Assembly: GCA_035714785.1 (NCBI GenBank)
Contig: DASTLQ010000011.1
Location: 6,124 to 70,123 of the forward strand
Length of the DNA: 64,000 bases
Direction of reading: 5' to 3'
Source: Minisyncoccota bacterium
GTDB lineage: Bacteria > Patescibacteriota > Minisyncoccia > Phycocordibacterales > UBA9973
The notes beneath the pieces are model-generated. The model was given only the letters and a program-made list of their open reading frames with translations. It was not told the DNA's origin and ran no database searches. A program made the position numbers and the translations under genes. This document shows positions 20,244-29,816 of this stretch, piece by piece. The stretch's first letter is position 1. Each line of letters starts with the position of its first letter.

Positions 20244-20272
20244 TAAAGTGTAAGGTGTAAGGGGCCCGGCGC

Positions 20273-20338
20273 AGGGTAAGGGGTCCCCTTACACTTTATC
20301 CACACCCTGTGGATAACATGCAAGGGGACCCCTTACCC
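20273..20338. repeat. family-1 repeat upstream of metG (identical to 21777-21842)
   Basis: core-CT-TTATCCACA-CCC-TGTGGATAA-CA-core; degenerate partial cores extend 5' to about 20244. Confidence 0.95.
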
Positions 20339-20344
20339 CTAAAT

Positions 20345-21778
20345 ATGAAAAAAACATTCTATCTCACAACGACGCTTCCATACGTAAATGCCCCTCTTCA
20401 TATGGGACACGCCCTTGAGTTTGTACGGGCGGATGCGGTGGTACGTTATAAGCGTTGGACAGGAAATGAGGTCTTTTTTAATACGGGAACTGATGAGCAT
20501 GGTGCAAAAATCTTTGAAAAAGCCAGCGAAGCAGGAATGACGGCGCAGGAATTTGTGGACAAAGGATTTCAGGAGTTCAAAGAATCGCTTTCAATGTTTG
20601 GCATGTCGGAGGACATTCATTTCATCCGCACTACGGATGAAAATCATATAGAAGCGGCTCAAGAATTTTGGCGCCGTTGCGACAAGGCTGGATATATTTA
20701 TAAAAAGAATTACCAAATCAAATATTGTATCGGTTGTGAGTCCGAAAAATCAGATTCTGAGCTCGAAGATGGCAAATGCACTATTCATCCTGATCGCGCA
20801 CTTGAGCTCATCAGCGAAGAAAACTATTTTTTCAAATATTCTGAGTTCGGCGATAAATTGCTCGAATTTTATGAAAAGAATCCAGATTTTGTGGTGCCAG
20901 ATTTTCGTTTTAATGAAGTAAAAAATTTCGTGCGCACGGGTTTGCAGGATTTTTCAATATCTCGCCTGAAAGAAAAGATGCCATGGGGCGTACCAGTACC
21001 GGGGGATGACACTCAGGTGATGTATGTCTGGTTTGATGCGCTTACAAACTATATTTCTACCTTGGGTTGGCCAACAGAAGGAGGTGATTTTGAAAAATTC
21101 TGGGTAAATGGAACTCCTACTCAGTATTGCGGAAAGGACAACACTCGCTTTCAGGCAGCTATGTGGCAAGCGATGCTCATGGGTGCAGGTGTGCCAAATT
21201 CTCGTCAAATAATAGTAAACGGATTCATCATGGGTGGCGGAGGAGTAAAGATGTCAAAGTCTCTTGGAAATGTAGTAGATCCAAAAGATGTGGCTAGCCA
21301 ATATGGCACCGAGGCACTGCGATATTTTCTTTTAGGTGAAGTCGGAAGCTTTGAGGATAGTCCTTTTACCATAGAGCGTTTTAGCGATGCATACAATGCT
21401 AAGCTTTCAAACGGTCTCGGCAATCAGGCGTCCAGAATACTTGCTCTTTCAGAAAAGTATTTAGAAAAAGCTCCGCAGATTTCTGAGGGAGAATATAGCG
21501 AGTATCAAGAAATTTTTGAAAGTTACGATTTAAAGAAGGCGGTAGATTACATATGGGAAAAAATTTCCGCGCTGGATAAGTTTATACAAGAAACGGAACC
21601 ATTCAAAGTGATTAAGAACGATGAGCAGGCCGGCAGGGAACTACTTTCTAAAATGATCGTGGATCTTTATCATATTGCAGAAATGCTGACACCAATCATG
21701 CCCGTGACCTCCGAAAAAATTAAAAGTTTAATCAAGCAGAACAAAAAACCCGAAGCACCCCTCTTTCCCCGCCTCTAG
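20345..21778 (+). CDS. metG: methionine--tRNA ligase
   Basis: TTTLPYVNAPLHMGH, GTDEHG, YVWFDAL, KMSKSLGN; start at ATG 20345 because the upstream extension is repeat-derived. Confidence 0.97.
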   Translation: MKKTFYLTTTLPYVNAPLHMGHALEFVRADAVVRYKRWTGNEVFFNTGTDEHGAKIFEKASEAGMTAQEFVDKGFQEFKESLSMFGMSEDIHFIRTTDENHIEAAQEFWRRCDKAGYIYKKNYQIKYCIGCESEKSDSELEDGKCTIHPDRALELISEENYFFKYSEFGDKLLEFYEKNPDFVVPDFRFNEVKNFVRTGLQDFSISRLKEKMPWGVPVPGDDTQVMYVWFDALTNYISTLGWPTEGGDFEKFWVNGTPTQYCGKDNTRFQAAMWQAMLMGAGVPNSRQIIVNGFIMGGGGVKMSKSLGNVVDPKDVASQYGTEALRYFLLGEVGSFEDSPFTIERFSDAYNAKLSNGLGNQASRILALSEKYLEKAPQISEGEYSEYQEIFESYDLKKAVDYIWEKISALDKFIQETEPFKVIKNDEQAGRELLSKMIVDLYHIAEMLTPIMPVTSEKIKSLIKQNKKPEAPLFPRL

Positions 21779-21842
21779 GGTAAGGGGTCCCCTTACACTT
21801 TATCCACACCCTGTGGATAACATGCAAGGGGACCCCTTACCC
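21777..21842. repeat. family-1 repeat downstream of metG
   Basis: 66 bp identical to 20273-20338. Confidence 0.95.
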
Positions 21843-21849
21843 TTACACT

Positions 21850-22698
21850 ATGAAATACATAGACATACATGGACATGTGAACTTCAAAGCCTACGACGAG
21901 GATCGTGGTGAGGTGGTGAAGCGTGCGCTTGAGGCAAACACTTGGATGATTTCCGTTGGTACCCAGCTCGATACTTCAGAAAAAGCAGTGGAGATGGCGC
22001 ACCAATACTCTGAAGGAGTATACGCTATCGTAGGTCTCCATCCAATTCACACTAGCGCATCATTTCACGACGAAAAAGAGCTTGGAAAGGTAGGCGCGGG
22101 CGAAGAAGCTGGGTTTACTTCTCGCGGAGAAATTTTTGATAAAGAAAAATACAGAAAACTTTTAGCTGACCCAAAGACGGTGGCCATAGGTGAATGCGGG
22201 CTAGACTACTATCGTCTCGAAGCAGACTCAATTGAAAGACAAAAAGAAGCATTCATCGCTCAGATAGAGCTCGCAAACGAAATAGGCAAGCCCATCATGC
22301 TTCATATTAGAAACAATAAAGAAGATCCGACCAGAAACGCATATCGGGACAGTCTCGATCTATTAAAGGAGCACGCCAAAGTAAAAGGAAACGTGCATTT
22401 TTTTGCAGGAACATGGGAAGACGCCAAAGCTTTTCTAGATTTTGGATTCACTATTTCTTTTACGGGAGTAATTACCTTTGCGCGCGACTACGATGAAATA
22501 ATCAGGAATACGCCGCTCGACATGATCATGTCTGAGACCGATTGCCCGTATCTAACACCCACTCCATACAGAGGAAAACGCAACGAACCAGTCTATGTGT
22601 GCGAAGTCACTAAAAAAATAGCCGAAATCAAGGGAATATCTGAAGAGGAGGCGTCGGAAGCTATTTTTGCGAACGCAAAGAGAGTTTTCGGCATATAA
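21850..22698 (+). CDS. tatD: TatD family deoxyribonuclease
   Basis: IDIHGH, GLHP, IGECGLDY, ETDCPYL, RGKRNEP. Confidence 0.93.
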   Translation: MKYIDIHGHVNFKAYDEDRGEVVKRALEANTWMISVGTQLDTSEKAVEMAHQYSEGVYAIVGLHPIHTSASFHDEKELGKVGAGEEAGFTSRGEIFDKEKYRKLLADPKTVAIGECGLDYYRLEADSIERQKEAFIAQIELANEIGKPIMLHIRNNKEDPTRNAYRDSLDLLKEHAKVKGNVHFFAGTWEDAKAFLDFGFTISFTGVITFARDYDEIIRNTPLDMIMSETDCPYLTPTPYRGKRNEPVYVCEVTKKIAEIKGISEEEASEAIFANAKRVFGI

Positions 22699-22746
22699 TC
22701 GGCCATAAATTGGACTTTTTGAAATCTATCTGCTAATATGTAGGCC

Positions 22747-23262
22747 ATGCCAGAAGCGGAAAATAATATAAATATAACACCCGAAGAAAACGGGAAGGAC
22801 GACAGCAAAAAAGTATATGAACTTGGCTATCTTTTCGTTCCTACTATCGCTGAGGAAAACGCCCCAGCCTTATTTGGCAACCTAAAAGAGCAGATTGAAA
22901 GCCTGGGCGGAGAGATTATTTCAAGCGAAATGCCTCGCATGATGCACCTAGCATACGTAATGAGCAAGGTCATCACAAACGTCCGTCACCGATTTGACAC
23001 AGCATATTTTGGCTGGATTAAATTTGACATGGAAGCAGATAAGCTCGCTACCCTAAAGAAACAGCTTGATTCAAATCCTGACCTTATCCGATTCCTCATC
23101 ACCAAGACTGTTCGAGAAAATACTTTGGCTCCAAAAAGATATGCGGGAAGCTCCGCCGGCCGACCTAGAATGGCGCCGGAAAGAAGGGAAGAAAAAGATG
23201 CTGCCCCTATCGATAAAGTGGAGATAGACAAAGAAATAGATGCCCTGGTAGAGGAAGCATAA
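22747..23262 (+). CDS. rpsF: 30S ribosomal protein S6
   Basis: YELGYL, LAY, LIRFLI; first gene of the rpsF-ssb-rpsR operon. Confidence 0.85.
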   Translation: MPEAENNINITPEENGKDDSKKVYELGYLFVPTIAEENAPALFGNLKEQIESLGGEIISSEMPRMMHLAYVMSKVITNVRHRFDTAYFGWIKFDMEADKLATLKKQLDSNPDLIRFLITKTVRENTLAPKRYAGSSAGRPRMAPERREEKDAAPIDKVEIDKEIDALVEEA

Positions 23263-23304
23263 TTATTAGCTAACCAGCCACCGGGATGGCGTTTATAAAA
23301 TAAA

Positions 23305-23751
23305 ATGTTTTTAAATAAAGTCATTTTAATAGGAAATCTTACTCGCGATCCGGAATTGCGCTCACTCCCTTCAGGAATAAAGGTCTGTTCTTTTTCTTTA
23401 GCTACCAATCGGGTATGGAAAGATAAAAACGGAGCTCGTCAGGAAGCCGCTGATTATCACAACGTAGTGGTTTTCGGTAGACAGGCTGAGACAGTAGCCC
23501 AATACATGAAGAAAGGAAACTCTCTTTTAGTAGAAGGTAGAATGCAGACTAGAAGTTGGGATGATAAATCAAGCGGTGAAAAGAAATATCGTACAGAAGT
23601 CATCGCAGACCGAACTCAATTTGGTCCAAAAGGAGGAGGAGGGGGAAGTACTAGCGGATCTGCTCCAAAAGCCGACTCACCAAAAGCTGATGAATTAGAT
23701 TCCATCGAATACCCAGAAGAAGATATAAATCCAGAAGACATTCCATTTTAA
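23305..23751 (+). CDS. ssb: single-stranded DNA-binding protein
   Basis: NKVILIGNLTRDPELR; acidic tail EDIPF. Confidence 0.98.
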   Translation: MFLNKVILIGNLTRDPELRSLPSGIKVCSFSLATNRVWKDKNGARQEAADYHNVVVFGRQAETVAQYMKKGNSLLVEGRMQTRSWDDKSSGEKKYRTEVIADRTQFGPKGGGGGSTSGSAPKADSPKADELDSIEYPEEDINPEDIPF

Positions 23752-23769
23752 ACAAACAATAATAAAATT

Positions 23770-23970
23770 ATGAAACAAGATTACTTTTCAGCAAACAATA
23801 TAAAACATATAGACTATAAGGACGTAGATATTCTAAAGAGATTTTTGAATCCAAACGGAAAGATCGTCAGCCACAAGCGCACAGGTGTGACTTCAAAAAA
23901 TCAGCGCAAACTGGCCACTGCCGTAAAAAATGCTCGATTCCTCGGCCTGCTTCCTTTCATAGCCAAATAA
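23770..23970 (+). CDS. rpsR: 30S ribosomal protein S18
   Basis: IDYKDVDILKRF..GKI..RTG..QRKLATAVKNARFLGLLPF. Confidence 0.97.
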   Translation: MKQDYFSANNIKHIDYKDVDILKRFLNPNGKIVSHKRTGVTSKNQRKLATAVKNARFLGLLPFIAK

Positions 23971-23987
23971 ATTAGAAACTAATACAT

Positions 23988-24017
23988 AGCGGTCGATGGC
24001 TTACCACCTCGACCGCT
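23988..24017 (+). terminator. hairpin between rpsR and efp (terminator or processing stem)
   Basis: AGCGGTCGA..TCGACCGCT 9-bp stem followed by a short T run. Confidence 0.5.
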
Positions 24018-24027
24018 TTAAGTTACC

Positions 24028-24603
24028 ATGTTGCAATACAACGAAATCAGAGAAAAGAAAATTATAATCCACAATGACGAACCCTGCGAAGTAGTGGATT
24101 CTCATGTAGCCCGCACCCAACAGCGAAAGCCTCAAAATCAGGTGAAGTTAAAGAGCTTGATTTCCGGCAAGACAATCGCTGCCACTTTCCATGTGTCTGA
24201 CTCTGCCGATGAAGCAGAAATTGAAAAAAGAGAAGTAAAATTTCTATACCAAAACCGCGGAGAATACTGGTTTTGCGATATCAATGATCCAAAAAACAGA
24301 TTCAAGCTCGAAGATTCTCTCATTGGCGAGTCTGGAAAGTTTCTGAAAGCAAACGAAAATGTACAAGTGCTGGTCTGGGATGACGATGGAGAAGAAAAGA
24401 CCATCAAGCTCGCACTTCCGATCAAGATAGAATTTAAAGTAAAAGAAGCCCCACCTGCAGTGAAAGGAAACACTGCTCAGGGTGGAAGCAAGATAGTGAC
24501 TCTCGAAAACGGCACCACTATCTCTACTCCTATGTTTATAAACGAGGGAGATATGATCAGAGTAAATACTGAAACAGGGGAATACGTGGAGAGAGTCAGC
24601 TAA
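24028..24603 (+). CDS. efp: elongation factor P
   Basis: PAVKGNTAQG, LENG, PMFINEGDMIRVNTETGEYVER. Confidence 0.93.
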   Translation: MLQYNEIREKKIIIHNDEPCEVVDSHVARTQQRKPQNQVKLKSLISGKTIAATFHVSDSADEAEIEKREVKFLYQNRGEYWFCDINDPKNRFKLEDSLIGESGKFLKANENVQVLVWDDDGEEKTIKLALPIKIEFKVKEAPPAVKGNTAQGGSKIVTLENGTTISTPMFINEGDMIRVNTETGEYVERVS

Positions 24604-24618
24604 CCGTGCATATCCGCT

Positions 24619-24753
24619 AAGGGAGAACATACAAAACAAAAACAGCCTTCTCGAAATGTACGAAAAAATTCTGCTGAATTTTTTCTTTGCTCCGCGCCGT
24701 CGCGCTTCGCAAAACATTTCTCGAAGGCTGTTTTTATTTTGTATCTTCTCCTT
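24619..24753. repeat. long imperfect inverted repeat (MITE-like or bidirectional terminator) between convergent efp and recA
   Basis: 41-bp arms matching at about 36/41; internal hairpin GAAAAAATTC-TGCT-GAATTTTTTC. Confidence 0.7.
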
Positions 24754-24762
24754 TTTGCGCCC

Positions 24763-25812
24763 CTACGCCTGCTCCGCAAACTTTTTGCGGATTTCTTTTA
24801 GTATTTGATCGGCAATTTTGTGATTTTCTTTCAAGAAAGTACGAGTAGAATCATATCCACGACCGAGCTTCACTTCTTCGCCTCCAGCCGGAGTGTATGA
24901 ATATGAGCTCCCGCTCTTTGAAAGTATCTGAAACTTTTCGCCGAGGGCGATGATTTCTCCTTCTTTGGAAATACCTTCGTTGTAGATGATATCAAATTCG
25001 GTCTGCTTAAACGGGGCGGCCACTTTGTTTTTGACCACTTTCACGCGGGTGCGAGAACCGACTACCTCTTCTCCTTTTTTGATTTGGGCAATCTTACGGA
25101 TATCCAAGCGTACAGAAGTATAAAACTTTAGGGCCTTTCCTCCCGGTGTTGTCTCCGGGTTCCCGAACATCACCCCAATCTGCATTCTGATCTGGTTGAT
25201 GAAAATCACCACAGTCTTGCTTCGTGCCACGATAGCAGTGAGCTTTCGTAGTGCCTGAGACATGAGGCGAGCCTGTTTTCCTACGTGGTATGCGCCCATA
25301 TCTCCCTCAATTTCGTCTTTTGGAGTGAGGGCAGCCACAGAGTCCACCACTATCACATCAATTTTTCCTGTGCGCACCAAGCTTTCCACTATTTCTAGCG
25401 CCTGTTCTCCTGTATCTGGCTGGGAAATCAAAAGCTCGTTTATGTTCACCCCAAGACGCTTAGAATATTCAGGATCCATAGCATGCTCAGCATCGATGTA
25501 AGCGCAGATGCCACCTTTCTTTTGTGCTTCAGCTACGATGTGGAGGGATAGGGTAGTCTTTCCGCTACTCTCTGGTCCAAATATCTCTATGATTCTTCCT
25601 CGAGGGATTCCTCCTACACCTAGAGCCATATCAAGACCGAGCGAGCCGGTAGGGATGACATTGATGTCCACCTTTGGGCTGTCGCCAAACTTCATGATAG
25701 ACCCTTCACCAAATTTGGTTTGCAGTGCTTTCAGGGTGTCGTCTAATATTGACGCGTCTCTTTTTTCGGCCTTAGCGTCGCTTGCTGGCTCGTTCTTTGC
25801 TTTTTTAGGCAT
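24763..25812 (-). CDS. recA: recombinase RecA
   Basis: [40 protein letters not shown]. Confidence 0.99.
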   Translation of the reverse strand: MPKKAKNEPASDAKAEKRDASILDDTLKALQTKFGEGSIMKFGDSPKVDINVIPTGSLGLDMALGVGGIPRGRIIEIFGPESSGKTTLSLHIVAEAQKKGGICAYIDAEHAMDPEYSKRLGVNINELLISQPDTGEQALEIVESLVRTGKIDVIVVDSVAALTPKDEIEGDMGAYHVGKQARLMSQALRKLTAIVARSKTVVIFINQIRMQIGVMFGNPETTPGGKALKFYTSVRLDIRKIAQIKKGEEVVGSRTRVKVVKNKVAAPFKQTEFDIIYNEGISKEGEIIALGEKFQILSKSGSSYSYTPAGGEEVKLGRGYDSTRTFLKENHKIADQILKEIRKKFAEQA

Positions 25813-25816
25813 AATG

Positions 25817-26173
25817 TTATTTTGCTTTCGCAAAAATTAACTGATAATTTTTTTCATCTCTGTTGCCGAATTTGTCCTTCGCCTGGATGTTGACCATATT
25901 ATAACCCGGGAGGAAGGCGATTGCTTCATGAAAATTTCCTTCCTGATCTATCCATATTTCACGGCCGTTAATGCTGATCTCTATCGCATTCTTGGCATTT
26001 CCTCTAATCACAAAGATGCTTTCTTCGATCACAGCTCCTTCGGAAATATTTATATCCTTAATCTTTACCCCAAACAAAAGACCGCTTGCTCTAAATGTAC
26101 CGTATCCCAAGATGAACAAGAGAAGAATAGAGAGGGAAACGATGCGAGCTATCTTTTTTCCATCGGTAGTCAT
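25817..26173 (-). CDS. small membrane-anchored Ig-like protein
   Basis: N-terminal TM then INGREI..DQEGNF..PGYN..AKDKFGN; lies between ftsK and recA. Confidence 0.7.
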   Translation of the reverse strand: MTTDGKKIARIVSLSILLLFILGYGTFRASGLLFGVKIKDINISEGAVIEESIFVIRGNAKNAIEISINGREIWIDQEGNFHEAIAFLPGYNMVNIQAKDKFGNRDEKNYQLIFAKAK

Positions 26174-26175
26174 AG

Positions 26176-28377
26176 CTAGATGACGTTTTGTCCCGACTCA
26201 TCGCGATTAATTCTTTCTAGTACTTCTCTTGGCTTTGCTCCATCTCCGGGACCGATCACTCCGCGTTCTTCTAGGGTATCCATCAGTCTTGCTGCACGAG
26301 CGTATCCAAGCTTTAGCTTTCTTTGTAGGAATGAAGTAGAAGCTTTTCCTGACTCTACTACGCAGGCGCGAGCTTCTTCATACATTTCATCTTCGTCGCC
26401 ATCGAGGGTGCTTTCAAAAATACTTTTATCAGCAGAAATTGAGCCTTCGGTAAAGGTGATCTCTTGATTTACCTCATCTCTATATGCATCAGCCAGATAT
26501 TTTACAACGTTTTTCACTTCAAGCTCAGAGATAAAGGCGCTTTGCAAACGTTCAGGCTGAGCATCTCCAGAAGAATAGAGCATATCTCCAGCTCCGAGTA
26601 GTTTTTCTGCTCCTCCTGCATCCAAGATAGTGCGAGAGTCTATCTGAGAAGAAACCTTTAGGGCAATACGGGCAGGGATGTTTGCTTTGATGAGTCCAGT
26701 GATGACATTTACTTCAGGACGCTGTGTAGAAAGGATGAGGTGAATGCCGACAGCACGGGACATTTGTGCCAAGCGCACGATTGCGGATTCTAGTTCTCTA
26801 GGATATGAGCTCATGATGTCTGCCAATTCGTCGATGATGATGACAATATATGGCATTCGGTCCATTCCTTCTTCTCCATCATCGGTTTTACCCTTTTTCG
26901 CCTTTTCGCTGAGGATATTTTGGTGGTAAGAGGTGATATCACGCACAGATTCAGACTCAAGGATGTCATAGCGCCTATCCATTTCCTTTGCTGCCCATTT
27001 TAGGGCTAGGATAGCTTTCTTTGCGTCTGTAATGACTGGAGTGAGTAGGTGAGGGATGTTTTTATACAAAGTAAGCTCCACTCTCTTGGGGTCTATCAAG
27101 ATGAATCTGAGGTCTTCTGGTCCGTTTCTATACAAAAGGGAAGTGACTATAGAGTGGATGGATACAGACTTACCGCTACCAGTGGTTCCTGCTACTAGAC
27201 AGTGGGGCATTTTGGCCAAGTTTCCAAAAGCAGCACGTCCAGCGATAGATCGGCCGAGGGCGATGGTGAGGGGTTTGCCAGAATCCCTGAATTTTGCATC
27301 CGCCAGCATAGTAGCCAAGCCAACAGTAGACTTCACTCTGTTTGGGATCTCGATCCCCACGAGGGATTTGCCAGGGATAGGGGCTTCGATACGTATAGGG
27401 TGAGCAGCCAGAGCTAGGGCAAGGTCGTTTTGCAATCCTACGATACGAGATAGCTTCACTCCTTCGGCAGGCTTTAGGGCATAGCGAGTGACGGTAGGTC
27501 CGATGGTGATTTCATCCATTTCAACTTCGATGCCAAAGTTTTGCAGTGTGCGTTTGATGATGATGGAGTTTGCTTTCACATCTCCAGTATTTGGCTTTCC
27601 TTTGTCTTCCTCAAGGAGCGAGAGTGGGGGAGGGGTGTAGCTCGAAGCAAGCCCATGATTTTTTGTTTTTAGTTTTGTGAATCCAAAATCCTCTTCCTCC
27701 TCCTTTTTTCCATCTTTCTTTACCGGTTCGGTTACGATCGGCTCCTTTTCCATTGGCAGTTCAATTTTTTCTCCGAGAAGAATAGTAGGACCATCGTCTT
27801 CTTCATCTCCTAGAGCTTCGAGTTTTTCATCGAGCACATCTTTTTTGTTGGAGATCAGTCTGTAGAGAGATTTCAAAAGTGGGCCTAAGTCAGGACGTGC
27901 ATCAAACATGAGGAATATAGAAATGATGAGGATGGCGCCGAGGAACACGATGCTCGCATAGATATCAAAAAGAGAAACAAAAGGCACCGCCAGTACCTGC
28001 CCAAGCACTCCTCCAGCATGAGATCCTGAAGCGACGTCTATCATGCCGAGACCAGAGAGTAAAAATAGAACGGAAGCAAAAACTTGCATCAGTCCGTACT
28101 GCGTTCTTTCAGGTTTCAAAAAAGCAGTTCCGATCATAGCAAAAAGAATCGGAATGAGCATGTATCCGATTCCTACCAAGTAATCAAAAAATTCATAAGT
28201 GACCCTGCCCGCTTTTCCAGCGAAGTCAAAGTACGACATCAAAAAGAATAAAGCGACCACAAATGAGACTACCGATGCGATGCCGTAGCGTGTGTCATTG
28301 GAGATAGGAACTTTGCGTTCCCGGGGGGATTCTTTTTGCGAAACGAGTTTAGATTTCTTCTTGCTGTTTTTTGCCAT
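26176..28377 (-). CDS. ftsK: DNA translocase FtsK
   Basis: N-terminal TMs, GTTGSGKS, IIDELAD, TQRP, gamma domain LQRKLKLGYARAARL. Confidence 0.97.
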   Translation of the reverse strand: MAKNSKKKSKLVSQKESPRERKVPISNDTRYGIASVVSFVVALFFLMSYFDFAGKAGRVTYEFFDYLVGIGYMLIPILFAMIGTAFLKPERTQYGLMQVFASVLFLLSGLGMIDVASGSHAGGVLGQVLAVPFVSLFDIYASIVFLGAILIISIFLMFDARPDLGPLLKSLYRLISNKKDVLDEKLEALGDEEDDGPTILLGEKIELPMEKEPIVTEPVKKDGKKEEEEDFGFTKLKTKNHGLASSYTPPPLSLLEEDKGKPNTGDVKANSIIIKRTLQNFGIEVEMDEITIGPTVTRYALKPAEGVKLSRIVGLQNDLALALAAHPIRIEAPIPGKSLVGIEIPNRVKSTVGLATMLADAKFRDSGKPLTIALGRSIAGRAAFGNLAKMPHCLVAGTTGSGKSVSIHSIVTSLLYRNGPEDLRFILIDPKRVELTLYKNIPHLLTPVITDAKKAILALKWAAKEMDRRYDILESESVRDITSYHQNILSEKAKKGKTDDGEEGMDRMPYIVIIIDELADIMSSYPRELESAIVRLAQMSRAVGIHLILSTQRPEVNVITGLIKANIPARIALKVSSQIDSRTILDAGGAEKLLGAGDMLYSSGDAQPERLQSAFISELEVKNVVKYLADAYRDEVNQEITFTEGSISADKSIFESTLDGDEDEMYEEARACVVESGKASTSFLQRKLKLGYARAARLMDTLEERGVIGPGDGAKPREVLERINRDESGQNVI

Positions 28378-28471
28378 ATGGATTATTCTACCACTTTCTT
28401 TATAGATTATTAAATTCCTCTACGGACAAACCCGTTTCTTTTAGAGTACTTTAAAGATTTGCTTTTTTCTC

Positions 28472-28491
28472 TGTCCTATATATAATGGACA
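28472..28491 (+). promoter_or_regulatory. TGTCC-N10-GGACA inverted repeat enclosing a TATAAT -10 box (candidate operator)
   Basis: TGTCC tataTATAAT GGACA immediately before ATG 28493. Confidence 0.5.
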
Positions 28492-28492
28492 C

Positions 28493-29359
28493 ATGTTTGG
28501 GGAGGAAAAAAAACTAAAAGACACAGCCGGGAATACTATAAAAGACACCGATTCCATGCCTGTCTCTTATGATTCCAGCGCTCCCACTTCTAATGTCAAA
28601 ATAGGTACATATAGAAAGTCCGATAAGCTCGTGACCGCCCTATTTATGGTAACGGACATCCTAGACAAAGATGAGCCCATCCGCGGAAAGCTCCGATCCC
28701 TCGCCACCGACCTCCTATCAGACATCTACGCTATCTCTTCCGCATATCGGACAGGCAATGTCTCTCGGACTGCGATAGTACTCGGCACTGACACAAAAAT
28801 CTCCCAGATCATTTCCTTCCTCGAAATCGCATCATCCATCGCTCTCATTTCCGAGATGAATGCGAGTATCTTAAAGAAAGAATTTTTTGAGCTAAAGAAT
28901 GCTTTAAAAGACTTCACCGAAAGCGAAACCAAAGTATCATGGCTCGAAGAATTTCTGATCGAAAATCCTGCCGAAAATAATCCAGAAATTTTACCAGAAA
29001 AAAATTCATTTAGAGCGCTCGGCAATGCAGTCAAAAATGTTCACCTCCCATATCAAAACCCAAATGGTGTCCGTAAGACAGAAATATCAAAGAAGGTGAT
29101 AGTGTCCGATAAAGCACCTGCGCACTCTAGTGTAAAGGACACATTCGACCACCTAAAAAGACAGCGACGAGATGAGATATTGAGGATAGTAAAGGGTAGT
29201 AATACAGGCAGTACGATAACGGACATTCGCACCAAGGCGACCGGCGTGTTAGCCTCCTGCGGAGAAAAGACACTACAGCGAGAACTAGTCTCAATGGTAG
29301 GGGACGGTGTCCTTAAGAAGGAGGGAGAGAAGCGCTGGAGCAGGTATTCTACCCGCTAA
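28493..29359 (+). CDS. hypothetical protein, helical N-domain and C-terminal winged HTH
   Basis: C-terminal TITDI..GEKTLQRELVSMVGDGVLKKEGEKRWSRY wHTH-like pattern. Confidence 0.7.
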   Translation: MFGEEKKLKDTAGNTIKDTDSMPVSYDSSAPTSNVKIGTYRKSDKLVTALFMVTDILDKDEPIRGKLRSLATDLLSDIYAISSAYRTGNVSRTAIVLGTDTKISQIISFLEIASSIALISEMNASILKKEFFELKNALKDFTESETKVSWLEEFLIENPAENNPEILPEKNSFRALGNAVKNVHLPYQNPNGVRKTEISKKVIVSDKAPAHSSVKDTFDHLKRQRRDEILRIVKGSNTGSTITDIRTKATGVLASCGEKTLQRELVSMVGDGVLKKEGEKRWSRYSTR

Positions 29360-29370
29360 AATATCCTTAA

Positions 29371-29398
29371 TTGACAACACTTAAAATTATGTTATACT
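29371..29398 (+). promoter_or_regulatory. sigma70 promoter
   Basis: TTGACA 29371-29376, 16-bp spacer, TG-extended TATACT 29393-29398. Confidence 0.7.
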
Positions 29399-29816
29399 GT
29401 ATTTCAAGTCATATTTGACGATTCTTAATCGTCATAATATGCGAGATCACGATTATCTATTCTTTTGCTGGCCCAGCCATTTGAGAGAAAAGAGAAAACG
29501 GGATCGGTTTTCCACATAATATATTGCTGTAATACGTTACACGGTATATTATATTGGTACTGCAAATTACAGATCCTTTGTGGGTTTGTGAAATGCGTTT
29601 AGTTCGAATCTGTTCATTGTCTTCCTAAATCGTCTTTTTATAATTATTCGGCGAAGAGGGAATCCAATGATAGAGAAACATGCGTTAATAGTTTTGTTCC
29701 CACATACTAAAAATGTTGGAACATGTCGAGACTATAATAACGGCGCATAAAAACCTAAGTTCATTTCTATTATTTTTAAAATACTAGAGTGAGCAAAGGA
29801 TTATAAAGTTAATATT

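Noticed and set aside
29405-29816. RNase P RNA in the long intergenic region
   Set aside because: The conserved GAGGAAAGUCC and terminal P4 motifs were not found on either strand.
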